Shown piece by piece: positions 9,081 through 20,146 of a stretch of 64,000 bases of DNA. The stretch lies in NCBI GenBank assembly GCA_035519565.1, contig DATIWD010000081.1, positions 579 through 64,578 on the forward strand. Reading direction: 5' to 3'. Each line of letters begins with the position of its first letter. Within the stretch, counting starts at the first letter, position 1. Under the pieces are notes generated by a model. It was not told where the DNA came from and searched no databases. It saw only the letters and a list, made by a program, of their open reading frames with translations. The stretch comes from Gemmatimonadales bacterium (GTDB taxonomy: Bacteria; Gemmatimonadota; Gemmatimonadetes; Gemmatimonadales; GWC2-71-9). The translations under genes were made by a program, and so were the position numbers.

Positions 9081-9130
9081 TGTGGGAATGTGGGGGAAAA
9101 GTTAATAGCAGTTTGTGGGAACTGTGGAAA
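9081..9130 (+). repeat. Four direct TGTGG(G)AA repeats in a divergent promoter region
   Basis: TGTGGGAA is at 9081-9088, TGTGGGGGAAAA at 9089-9100, TGTGGGAA at 9114-9121 and TGTGGAAA at 9123-9130. They sit in a locally AT-richer stretch between divergent genes. Confidence 0.45.
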
Positions 9131-9132
9131 CG

Positions 9133-10032
9133 ATGACGGCGTCATGGGGTATCAACCGTTTCCAGAATGAGCCTCCTGCCGGCACCACCATTCGGTTAGA
9201 TTTTGCCCCCAACCGCCGGGCGATCCGGCCTCCCGATTACCCCAGACCCTTCTTGACGCCAACTCACTGTCCGTCCTGCGGCAATCCGGCCACCGGGAAA
9301 TTCTGCAGTCACTGTGGCGCGCCTCTGGGGCCGGCGACCTGCGCACGCTGCCAGGCCACCCTCTCCCCGGAAGCCCGGTTCTGCCACCGCTGTGGCGCGC
9401 CGGTCGGCGCCGCGGCCGCGACCGGACCCGCGCCGGGGAGCCGTCCGGATCGGATACCCTGGCTGATCGCCGGCATTTCGATCGCGATCCTGCTCGGGGT
9501 GATCGGGTACACCGCCGGTCGGAACAGCCACCCCGCCGCGCCCGATATGGCCAACAACGGCGCCCCGGGCGGGGCATCGGGACCCCCGGGCCAGCCACCC
9601 GACATCAGCCAGATGAGCCCGCGGGAGCGGTTCGACCGGCTCTTCGACCGGGTCATGAGCGCCGCCGAACAGGGCGACACCGCCACCGTGGTGCGGTTCA
9701 GCCCCATGGCCCTGGCCGCCTATGAACAGCTCGATAGCTTCGACGCCGATGCCCGCTACCATGCGGCCATGATTCACCTCGCGCTGGGCCAAACCCCTGA
9801 GGCGCTGGCCCTGGCCGACACGCTGCTCCAGAAGGACCCCGGTCATCTCTTCGGCTATGTGATCCGCAGCCAGGCGGCCCAGCAGCAGAACCGGCCGGCC
9901 GACGTGAAGAAGAACCAGGCCGCCTTTCTCCAGCACTACGACGTGGAGATGAAGAAGAACCGGGTCGAGTACCAGCAGCACCGGCCGGTCATCGAGGACT
10001 TCAAGAAGCAGGCGCAATCCGCCGCGCCCTAG
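9133..10032 (+). CDS. Double zinc-ribbon protein with TM segment and TPR-like C-terminal domain
   Basis: It has CPSCGNPATGKFCSHCG and CARCQ...FCHRCG zinc ribbons, a TM segment (IPWLIAGISIAILLGVIGY), then a helical repeat region. The start is uncertain. Candidates are GTG 9115 (ORF track), ATG 9133 or TTG ~9253. Codons 9133-9250 have weak third-position bias. Confidence 0.6.
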   Translation: MTASWGINRFQNEPPAGTTIRLDFAPNRRAIRPPDYPRPFLTPTHCPSCGNPATGKFCSHCGAPLGPATCARCQATLSPEARFCHRCGAPVGAAAATGPAPGSRPDRIPWLIAGISIAILLGVIGYTAGRNSHPAAPDMANNGAPGGASGPPGQPPDISQMSPRERFDRLFDRVMSAAEQGDTATVVRFSPMALAAYEQLDSFDADARYHAAMIHLALGQTPEALALADTLLQKDPGHLFGYVIRSQAAQQQNRPADVKKNQAAFLQHYDVEMKKNRVEYQQHRPVIEDFKKQAQSAAP

Positions 10033-10046
10033 CCATCTTAGCCACC

Positions 10047-10892
10047 ATGTCTCTCCAGACCATTCGCGTCGCGCATTCTCCCGACTCGGACGACGCCTTC
10101 ATGTTCTACGCCCTCGCCGAGGGGAAGATCGACACCGGCAATCTGCGCTACGAGCATGAGCTGTCGGACATTGAGAGCCTCAACCGGCGGGCCCTGAAGG
10201 GAGAGCTCGAAGTCACCGCGGTCTCGATCCACGCCTACGCCTACCTCCACCGCACCTATGCCCTGCTGGCCAGCGGCTCCTCGATGGGCGATGGCTACGG
10301 ACCGCGGTTGGTGGCCCGCGAGCCGGCCCCGACGGACCCCAGGAGCGCCGTCCGGGGCCGCCGGATCGCGGTACCGGGGAAGCTCACGACCGCCTACCTC
10401 GCGCTGCGACTTTACCAACCGGAGTTCGAGGAAGTGGTCGTGCCCTTCGACCAGATCGAAGCGGCGGTGGCCGAAGGGAAGGTGGATCTCGGGCTCCTGA
10501 TCCACGAAGGGCAGCTCACCTTCGGGGACCAGGGGCTGCACCTGTGGGCCGACCTGGGCGCCTGGTGGGCCGGTGAGACCGGACTCCCGCTCCCCCTGGG
10601 AGGCAACGTCGTGCGGCGCGATCTGGGGGAAGCGGTGGTCCGGCAGGTGGCCCGGGATCTCAAGGCCAGCATCGTGTACGCGCTGGAGCATCGGGCGCCG
10701 GCCCTGGCCCATGCCAGGCAGTTCAACCGCGGTCTCACCGACGAGCGTACCGACACCTTCGTCGGGATGTACGTCAACCGCTGGACGGTGGACTACGGCC
10801 CGCGGGGCCGGCAGGCGGTCCAGGCGCTGCTCGATCGGGGCTACGCCGCTGGCCTGCTGCCCGAGCGCGTCGCGGTCGAGTTCCTCGGGTAA
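10047..10892 (+). CDS. MqnA/MqnD-family menaquinone (futalosine-route) biosynthesis protein
   Basis: 281 aa starting ...IRVAHSPDSDDAFMFYAL, with later LIHEGQLTF. This is the pattern I associate with the VitK2-biosynthesis periplasmic-binding-fold family. The subfamily (MqnA versus MqnD) is not resolved. Confidence 0.7.
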   Translation: MSLQTIRVAHSPDSDDAFMFYALAEGKIDTGNLRYEHELSDIESLNRRALKGELEVTAVSIHAYAYLHRTYALLASGSSMGDGYGPRLVAREPAPTDPRSAVRGRRIAVPGKLTTAYLALRLYQPEFEEVVVPFDQIEAAVAEGKVDLGLLIHEGQLTFGDQGLHLWADLGAWWAGETGLPLPLGGNVVRRDLGEAVVRQVARDLKASIVYALEHRAPALAHARQFNRGLTDERTDTFVGMYVNRWTVDYGPRGRQAVQALLDRGYAAGLLPERVAVEFLG

Positions 10893-10964
10893 GGCCCGAA
10901 AGGTTTTCTTGACCTCCTCTTTCGCGCTCCGTAGCTTCCCCCTTGTCCCCCATGAGGAGAAGTC

Positions 10965-12026
10965 GTGCCCCTAGCGGACGGTCCCGTCAGTGTGCTCATC
11001 GTCGATGACGAAGAGCCGATCCGGAACGCCCTGAAGAAGTTCCTTGCTCAACAGGGGTACGACGTCACCACCGCCGGTTCCGGCGACGAAGCCATCAAGA
11101 TCCTGCAGCGCCAGAAGATCGCCTGTATGCTGCTGGACGTACGCATGCCGGGGCGCAGCGGCATCGACCTGGTCCCCCAGGTCATGGAGATCGAGCCCAG
11201 CATCGCGATCCTGATGCTGACCGCCGTCAACGACGCCACCACGGCCGCGCTCTGCATGCAGCGCGGCGCCATGGATTACCTCACCAAGCCGATCGATCTG
11301 AGCGACTTGGCCCGTGCCATCCTGCGCGCCATTCGCCGGCGGGACAGCCTGCTGGAACAGCAGCATCTCAATCAGTGGCTCAAGGAGGAGGTCGCCACCC
11401 GGACCGCCGAGCTCCGGCGGGAGCGGGAGAAGCTGGAGCGGCTCTCCGTGGCCACGCTTGAAGCCCTGGTCAACGCCCTGGAAGCCAAGGACGCCTTCAT
11501 CCGGGGCCACTCTGCCCGGATCGCCGACCTGAGCGCCATGATTGCTGCCGAGATGGGGCTCAACGACGAGACGGTGGAGGCCGTGCGCACCGCGGGCCGG
11601 CTCCATGACATCGGCAAGATCGGCGTCAAGGAGGAGATCCTCTCCAAGCAGGGACCGCTGACCGCCGAAGAGTACGAAATGGTCAAGCAGCACGTGGTGG
11701 TCGGTTCCCAGATCCTGGCTCCGCTCGGCCACCTGGGGGAAATCATCCCCTTCGTCCGCAGCCACCACGAACGCTGGGACGGCCAGGGGTACCCCGACAA
11801 GTTGAGCGGAAAGGAAATCCCCACGGGCGCCCGGATCCTGGCCGCCGCCGAGATCTATGACGCCCTGACCACTGCCAGGCCCTACCAGGAGAAAATGCCG
11901 CCCGAAGCCGCCATCGATCGCATGCGCGATCTGGCCGGGACCGTACTGGATCCCGACGTCTTCAACGCTCTCGAGGCTTCCGTCAAACGGCGCCAGACGC
12001 TGGTCTTCCTCGACGATCGCCCCTGA
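10965..12026 (+). CDS. Response regulator with HD-GYP c-di-GMP phosphodiesterase domain (RpfG-like)
   Basis: The receiver has VLIVDDE...MLLDVRMPGRSG...KP. The HD-GYP domain has HDIGKIGV and HHERWDGQGYP. The start is GTG, preceded by GAGGAGAA. Confidence 0.9.
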   Translation: MPLADGPVSVLIVDDEEPIRNALKKFLAQQGYDVTTAGSGDEAIKILQRQKIACMLLDVRMPGRSGIDLVPQVMEIEPSIAILMLTAVNDATTAALCMQRGAMDYLTKPIDLSDLARAILRAIRRRDSLLEQQHLNQWLKEEVATRTAELRREREKLERLSVATLEALVNALEAKDAFIRGHSARIADLSAMIAAEMGLNDETVEAVRTAGRLHDIGKIGVKEEILSKQGPLTAEEYEMVKQHVVVGSQILAPLGHLGEIIPFVRSHHERWDGQGYPDKLSGKEIPTGARILAAAEIYDALTTARPYQEKMPPEAAIDRMRDLAGTVLDPDVFNALEASVKRRQTLVFLDDRP

Positions 12027-12078
12027 GGCGCGTCCGAGGGACACTCCGCGGGTCAGCTCCGGAAGGAGGTCGCGGCGC

Positions 12079-13122
12079 ATGCTGGAGCGGCAGGCCCTCC
12101 GCATTCTCATCGTAGACGACGATCCGGCCATCTGCCGGCTGATCGAGCAGATCCTCACGGCCGCCGGCTTCTCGGCGCCGCTGGCGGTCCGCACCGGCCG
12201 GGAAGCGCTGACCCGCTCCGACAACGTCGACGTCGTCCTCCTCGATCATCGTCTCCCCGACCTCAAGGGCCTCGACCTGGTCCCGGCGCTCCGGGCCCGT
12301 CCCAATCGCCCGTCCGTCGTTCTGGTCACCGCCCACGGCAACGAATCCCTGGCCGCCAATGCCCTGCGCCTGGGCGCGGACGACTACCTGATCAAGGATC
12401 ACTCACTGACGGAGATGTTGCCCGAGGTGCTGGAACGGGTGCGTCGGGCCCGAGCGCTCCGGGAGGCGCTGGCCGCGGCGGAACGGGACCTGGTCCACGC
12501 CGAGCGTCGCGCGGCAATCGGGCAGCTGAGCGTGAGCCTGCATCACTCCATCAACAATCCCCTGATGTCGGCCTCGGCCGAGGTCGACCTGCTGCTCAAG
12601 GGCCAGGGCCTGGGCGAGGACCAGCGCCAGTCGTTGAGCACTGTCAAACAGGCGCTGTCCCGCATCAACGAGATCATGGAGCGGACCCGCCACCTCAAGC
12701 ACGACGCGACCGAGGAATACCTCGACGGGATTCGAATGATCGACCTGTCCCGGCGCACAACCCAGGCTCCGGTCTTCCGCGGGAGCGCCGTGCTCTACGT
12801 GCCGGACGAGGACACCGCCAGGGTGCTGGACCTGCTGCTCCGGCACGCCGGGTTCGGGGTCCAACGGGTGGATACGGTGGATCAGTTGTTCGGGGTGGCC
12901 AATCGGGATGACGTGGTACTGGTGGTGTTGACGGCGCTGGCGGCGAAGGGGACCGATCCCCTGGGGGGCTTCAAACCCGCTCCCCAACGGAGCTATACGC
13001 TGGTGGCGCTGGTGCAGGGTGACGGGCAGCCGGCCCGGGCGGCCGGCGCCGACCTCGTGGTGACGCTGCCCTTCGATCCCGGGACGTTCGTCAGTGATCT
13101 GCTGGAAGCGATGAAGCGCTAG
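12079..13122 (+). CDS. REC + HisKA-like DHp + degenerate receiver-like domain; no histidine-kinase ATPase domain
   Basis: The N-terminal receiver has ILIVDDD...VLLDHRLPDLKG...DYLIKD. An H-box-like LHHSINNPL follows (compare AHEINNPL). The C-terminal ~110 aa is receiver-shaped but lacks the acceptor Asp (VVLVVLTAL). I see no N/G1/G2 boxes. The SD GGAAGGAGG precedes the ATG. Confidence 0.75.
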   Translation: MLERQALRILIVDDDPAICRLIEQILTAAGFSAPLAVRTGREALTRSDNVDVVLLDHRLPDLKGLDLVPALRARPNRPSVVLVTAHGNESLAANALRLGADDYLIKDHSLTEMLPEVLERVRRARALREALAAAERDLVHAERRAAIGQLSVSLHHSINNPLMSASAEVDLLLKGQGLGEDQRQSLSTVKQALSRINEIMERTRHLKHDATEEYLDGIRMIDLSRRTTQAPVFRGSAVLYVPDEDTARVLDLLLRHAGFGVQRVDTVDQLFGVANRDDVVLVVLTALAAKGTDPLGGFKPAPQRSYTLVALVQGDGQPARAAGADLVVTLPFDPGTFVSDLLEAMKR

Positions 13123-13140
13123 GGAGAGCCCGGCCCATCC

Positions 13141-13617
13141 ATGAAGCCGTGGCAGCGCAGGGCCCTAGCGCTCTACCAAATGGTCGGCGGCCTCGCGGGC
13201 CTGGCATCAATCGACCTTCTGAAACACCCCACCACAATCAGGGGGGCGGTAATTCTCGGCCTCGCGGCCTTGGCCTTCGCCATGAGCTTCCTCGCCGGCT
13301 ATCTCCTGCTCATCGGAAAACCACTTGGTGAGTCGCTCACCTTCTGGCTTCAAGCCTCCCAGGTCCCCGCGATCCAGAGTCCCGTGCTGAGCTACTCGTG
13401 GTTTTCAGGGTTGTCATTCGCCATGCTGTGGGAGGGAGGCGGAAATTTGACGTTCAGGCTTGGTGCGGGTGGGGCCTTCACACTACAGCTTGGGTCCGAC
13501 TCTCCCCTCACCATCGGCCTGAACTTGGTGGCAATATTCGTCGTGTATCACTTCGCAGGCCCCAAGGCCAGCACGCCCCGCACCGTCATCCATACCCCGC
13601 CCGAGGGATCCGCCTGA
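13141..13617 (+). CDS. Hypothetical multi-pass membrane protein with atypical codon usage
   Basis: 158 aa with about 4 hydrophobic segments. It has many A/T-ending codons (caa, aaa, tca, ctt, gga, aat, ata, tat), unlike its neighbours. Coding status is less certain. Confidence 0.45.
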   Translation: MKPWQRRALALYQMVGGLAGLASIDLLKHPTTIRGAVILGLAALAFAMSFLAGYLLLIGKPLGESLTFWLQASQVPAIQSPVLSYSWFSGLSFAMLWEGGGNLTFRLGAGGAFTLQLGSDSPLTIGLNLVAIFVVYHFAGPKASTPRTVIHTPPEGSA

Positions 13618-13639
13618 CCGAGGGGCGCATACCCACACG

Positions 13640-14575
13640 CTAGCTCGCGAGGCTCTTCAGCACGAACCAGACATTGGCCGGCCGCTCCGCCAGCCGCCGC
13701 ATGTACCACGGGAACCAGGACCGGCCGTAGCTGATCAGGGTCCGGACCACCCGCCCTTCCTTCGCCAACGCCTGCTGCTCGCCGGACCGAATCCCGTAGA
13801 GCATGTGGATCTCGTAGGCGCCGTCCCTGGCGCCGAGCTCACGGGCCCGGTCCACCACACGCCCGACCAGTGCCATGTCGTGGCTCCCAAACACCGGATA
13901 GGCAGCGCCACCAGCCGCCGCAGCGAGGAGTCGGGAGCCCAATTCGAAATAGGCGCGATCGGTGTCCTTCTTGGACGCAAACGCCACCTTGGGCGGTTCC
14001 GCATAAGCGCCCTTCACCAGCCGGATCGCCGGGGCGAGGGGCATAAGCGACTCGAGATCGGCGCGCGTGCGGTGCAGGTAGGATTGGAGACAGACTCCGA
14101 CCTTGGGGTGGTTCTTCCGCAGCCGGCGGAACAGGTCCAGCGTGCGATCCACGTAGCTCGAGTCCTCCATGTCCAGCCAGAGAAAGGAGCCGGTGGCCTC
14201 CGCCTTGGTAGCCAGGACCTCGAGATGGGCGTCGCAGGCATCGCGGGAGAGATCGAGCCCCAATTGCGTCGGCTTGACCGAGACGTGGATGGATGACCCC
14301 CGCCCCTTGAGCTGATCGAAGACCCCCAGGTAATGCTCCCGGACCCGATCGGCCTCGTCGAGCGTAGTCAGGTTCTCGCCCAACTGGGTGAGTACCGTCC
14401 CCAGGCTGCTTTGGGACAGGGTCTGGGCGGCGGCGAGCGCGTCGGTCACTTCTTCCCCGGGCATGAAGCGTTGAACGGCGCGGCGGGTAAATCCTCGGCG
14501 GGTCACCTGATCGGCGAGCCAGCGGCTGTGAGACATCCGGAGGAGGATGTTTCGCGCGAGTGACATGGAGTGCAC
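13640..14575 (-). CDS. Proline dehydrogenase family protein (monofunctional)
   Basis: 311 aa. Its length and pattern (VSVKPTQLG...WLDMEDSSYVD...LVKGAY...HMLYG) fit the Pro_dh TIM-barrel family as I recall it. Confidence 0.75.
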   Translation of the reverse strand: MHSMSLARNILLRMSHSRWLADQVTRRGFTRRAVQRFMPGEEVTDALAAAQTLSQSSLGTVLTQLGENLTTLDEADRVREHYLGVFDQLKGRGSSIHVSVKPTQLGLDLSRDACDAHLEVLATKAEATGSFLWLDMEDSSYVDRTLDLFRRLRKNHPKVGVCLQSYLHRTRADLESLMPLAPAIRLVKGAYAEPPKVAFASKKDTDRAYFELGSRLLAAAAGGAAYPVFGSHDMALVGRVVDRARELGARDGAYEIHMLYGIRSGEQQALAKEGRVVRTLISYGRSWFPWYMRRLAERPANVWFVLKSLAS

Positions 14576-14651
14576 CGGTTAGAGTCGTGGAGCTCTGCGG
14601 TAGCCCACGGCGCCGGGAAAATACGCAGATGGGGCGAGACGCGCGAGGCGC

Positions 14652-15974
14652 TCAGGTCGTGACCATGGTCCGGTCGGCGCGGATCCAGATCCAGGCCACG
14701 GCGCCGAGCACGGCAAAGAGAGACCCGGTCGCGATCGCGGCGGTCCAGCCGATGGCATGCGCAGTCCACGGCACCAGCACCGCGACCAGTCCGCCCACAA
14801 TGTTGCCCCCCGTGTTGAGTACCCCGCAGGCGGCCGAGGAGTGCTCGCCGCCCACCGAAGTGGTCGCGGCCCACGCCGCGCTATCGGTGAACTGCTGAAA
14901 GCCCAGGCAGAGCGAGAGGTAGAGCACGGCGAGATAAGGATCCTGAGCAGCGCCGGCCAGGGCCAGGAATCCGCCCGCCAGCAGGAGTCCGGTGATCGAT
15001 GTGAATCGGCAGCCCCAGCGGATCCCGAGCCGGCGGGTCACCGCATCGCAGACCAGACCGCCGGTGATCGCGCCCACGCACCCCACCAGCCACGGCACCG
15101 AGGCGAGGAAGCCGCCTTCGAGAATCGCGAAGTGCCGCACCTCGATCAGGTAGTAGAACAACCAGTTGAAGAAGAAATAGAAGACATAGTTGCTGCCGAA
15201 GTAACTCACCGTGAGCAGCAGGATGTCGCGATTCCAGAGAATCCGTTTCCAGGCCCCCAGGTGCTCCGCCCCGACGATCCCGCTCCGGCGACCGGCATTG
15301 ATGATCTCCAGCTCACGCTGCCCGACGCCCTGGTGCTCGGAAGGGTAGTTGCGCGCGTACCACCACCAGGCTCCGGCCACGAGAAACGCCGCCGGGGCCG
15401 TCACCGCAAAGGAGGCCCGCCAACCCAGCGACTGCATGAGCCAGCCGATCAATGGCGGGGTGGCCGCGGCGCCGAGGGTGAGGCCCACGTTGGACAGCCC
15501 GTTGGGCACCGCCCACCCGGTGGGTGGGAACCAGTGGGCGATGACGTCGCCGCCGATGACCGGAAAGAGCGGAGCCTGCGCCACGCCCATCAGGAAGCGC
15601 AGCACGAATAGGGTGCCGATGATGACCGAGGCCGAAGCGAGGGCGGGAGAGGGAACCAGGCAGACCAGGAGGTTCAAGGCCCCCCACAGACAGGCGGTGA
15701 TGGTGAGCGCGCGACGTCCTCCCACCATTTCATCGAAGAGTCCGGCCGGGAACTGGAAGAGCCCGTAGCCCCAGGCAAACGCGCCGAGGACCACGCCCAG
15801 CTGCACATCGGTGAGTCCCAGATCCGGCATCATGGCCACACCGGCCGTGGACAGATTGGACCGGAGCAGGTAGGCCACGAAGCCGACCAGGATGGTGAGG
15901 CCCAGCACCTTCCAGCGAACGTAGGTCATCCCACCAACGCGGCTCGGGCCGGTGGTCACGGTGTCAGTTGACAC
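14652..15974 (-). CDS. MFS transporter
   Basis: 440 aa with about 12 hydrophobic helices. An MFS-like loop (GLFDEMVGGRRAL) follows TM2. Confidence 0.85.
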   Translation of the reverse strand: MSTDTVTTGPSRVGGMTYVRWKVLGLTILVGFVAYLLRSNLSTAGVAMMPDLGLTDVQLGVVLGAFAWGYGLFQFPAGLFDEMVGGRRALTITACLWGALNLLVCLVPSPALASASVIIGTLFVLRFLMGVAQAPLFPVIGGDVIAHWFPPTGWAVPNGLSNVGLTLGAAATPPLIGWLMQSLGWRASFAVTAPAAFLVAGAWWWYARNYPSEHQGVGQRELEIINAGRRSGIVGAEHLGAWKRILWNRDILLLTVSYFGSNYVFYFFFNWLFYYLIEVRHFAILEGGFLASVPWLVGCVGAITGGLVCDAVTRRLGIRWGCRFTSITGLLLAGGFLALAGAAQDPYLAVLYLSLCLGFQQFTDSAAWAATTSVGGEHSSAACGVLNTGGNIVGGLVAVLVPWTAHAIGWTAAIATGSLFAVLGAVAWIWIRADRTMVTT

Positions 15975-17421
15975 CCACGTGACCCCGCACCGACTCGATC
16001 AGCTTGCCCGGGTCGTAGCCGGCGCCTCGCTTGAAGACGAACTCGACCTTCTCGATATCGCGAATGTCAGCAGTCGGATCGCCGCGGACCACCACCAGGT
16101 CGGCCTGCATTCCCACGGCGATGCTTCCCACCCGCGCTTCCCGGCCCAAATAGCGGGCCCCATTCCAGGTCGCGATCTGGATCGCCTCGATTGGAGTGAA
16201 CCCGGCCTCGACCAATAGCTCGATTTCGCGCTGGTTGGCGTATCCGGCCACCACCCCACCGTACCCGGTGGGGTCGGTCCCGGCCAGCAAGAGTCCCCCC
16301 GCCTGCACGAAGGCCCGCTCGAACATCATCTCTTTCCGGAACAGCACCGTATATGTCGTGTCGCGGCTGTCGGCGACCCGGGAACGGGAGCCGAGATAGA
16401 GCACCTTCGCGTCGGCCGACATGGCGTCCAGCGCCCCCTCGCCGAGGGGAGGCCGGGCCAGGGCAAACGTCTCGAACACGGGAAGCGTGGAGGTAATGGC
16501 CACGCGCCGGGAAACCAGCTCCTGGATCAGGTCCCGGGCCTCGGGGCTCTCGAGGTCGAGGCCCAGCAGGGACTGCACCACCTGGGCCTGAGGGGGGCAC
16601 CGATCGGGTTCCTTGCCGGCAACGAAGTCGGTGCTCACCAGTAACCCGTGCTCCAGGTCGTCGATACCGAGGCGCGCGGCCTCGCGAAAGGTGATCGAGC
16701 AGAGATGACCCGTGACCTTGAGGCCCCGCCCGTGAGCGGTCTCGATCGCGGCCTTGAGCTCCGCGCGGGTGATATCGGTGTAGGCCTTGAACGATGTCAC
16801 CCCGGCATCGGCCCAGTATTCCACCATCTTCCTGGCCTCCGCCGGTCCACTCAGCACATGCAGCTGATAGACGGCGGGGAGACCAGGCCCGGTGAGATAG
16901 GGTCCGGTGACATCGATGTCCGGCCCCGGAATCCGGCCCGAATCAATGGCCGCCCTGAGATTGAGGTCGGTGTAGGGCTCGACGCTGCCGGCGGTCCGGA
17001 TCGTGGTCGCTCCACCGGCCAGGTAGAGTCGGGGGAAGCTGAACGGCTCCTCGTTGATCACGAACCAGGTGGCCGACCCGAGCATGGTGTAATACAGATG
17101 CTCGTGGACCATCACGAACCCGGGGAGGACGGTACGGCCGAGGAGATTCAGCACCTGGGCGCCATCCGGCACTCGCGTGGTGGCGGCCCCGCCGACGGCG
17201 GAGATCCGGCCTCGCTCGATGATGATCGTCAGATCGTCGCGGGCCGGGGTGCCTCGCCCATCGATCATTCGCACGTGAGTGAGGGCGACGACGGGGCTGT
17301 CGATCGCCACGAACGACCGGGTCTCCGGAGAGGCCGGCGATTGGGCGGCAGCCGCGGGAACGGAGACAAGGCTGGAGACGAGCGCCAGCGCACCGCGGGA
17401 GGTGGGCGTCCAGGTCTTCAT
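15964..17421 (-). CDS. Secreted amidohydrolase-family metallohydrolase
   Basis: It has a signal peptide (ALALVSSLVSVPAAAAQ), a VHEH metal motif (GFVMVHEHLYY), and later GHL.. and GTD motifs. Its 3' end overlaps the MFS start by 11 nt. Confidence 0.85.
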   Translation of the reverse strand: MKTWTPTSRGALALVSSLVSVPAAAAQSPASPETRSFVAIDSPVVALTHVRMIDGRGTPARDDLTIIIERGRISAVGGAATTRVPDGAQVLNLLGRTVLPGFVMVHEHLYYTMLGSATWFVINEEPFSFPRLYLAGGATTIRTAGSVEPYTDLNLRAAIDSGRIPGPDIDVTGPYLTGPGLPAVYQLHVLSGPAEARKMVEYWADAGVTSFKAYTDITRAELKAAIETAHGRGLKVTGHLCSITFREAARLGIDDLEHGLLVSTDFVAGKEPDRCPPQAQVVQSLLGLDLESPEARDLIQELVSRRVAITSTLPVFETFALARPPLGEGALDAMSADAKVLYLGSRSRVADSRDTTYTVLFRKEMMFERAFVQAGGLLLAGTDPTGYGGVVAGYANQREIELLVEAGFTPIEAIQIATWNGARYLGREARVGSIAVGMQADLVVVRGDPTADIRDIEKVEFVFKRGAGYDPGKLIESVRGHVGVN

Positions 17422-17462
17422 GGTTTTTCCCGAGCGGGAGTGATGAGTGAGTGGGCCGTCGG

Positions 17463-20087
<2,625 letters not shown>

Positions 20088-20146
20088 AACTGAGCAAGAT
20101 GCAGGAGCCCGGCAGGGGGCGCCAGCAGCGGCCCTTGATGCCCAGC

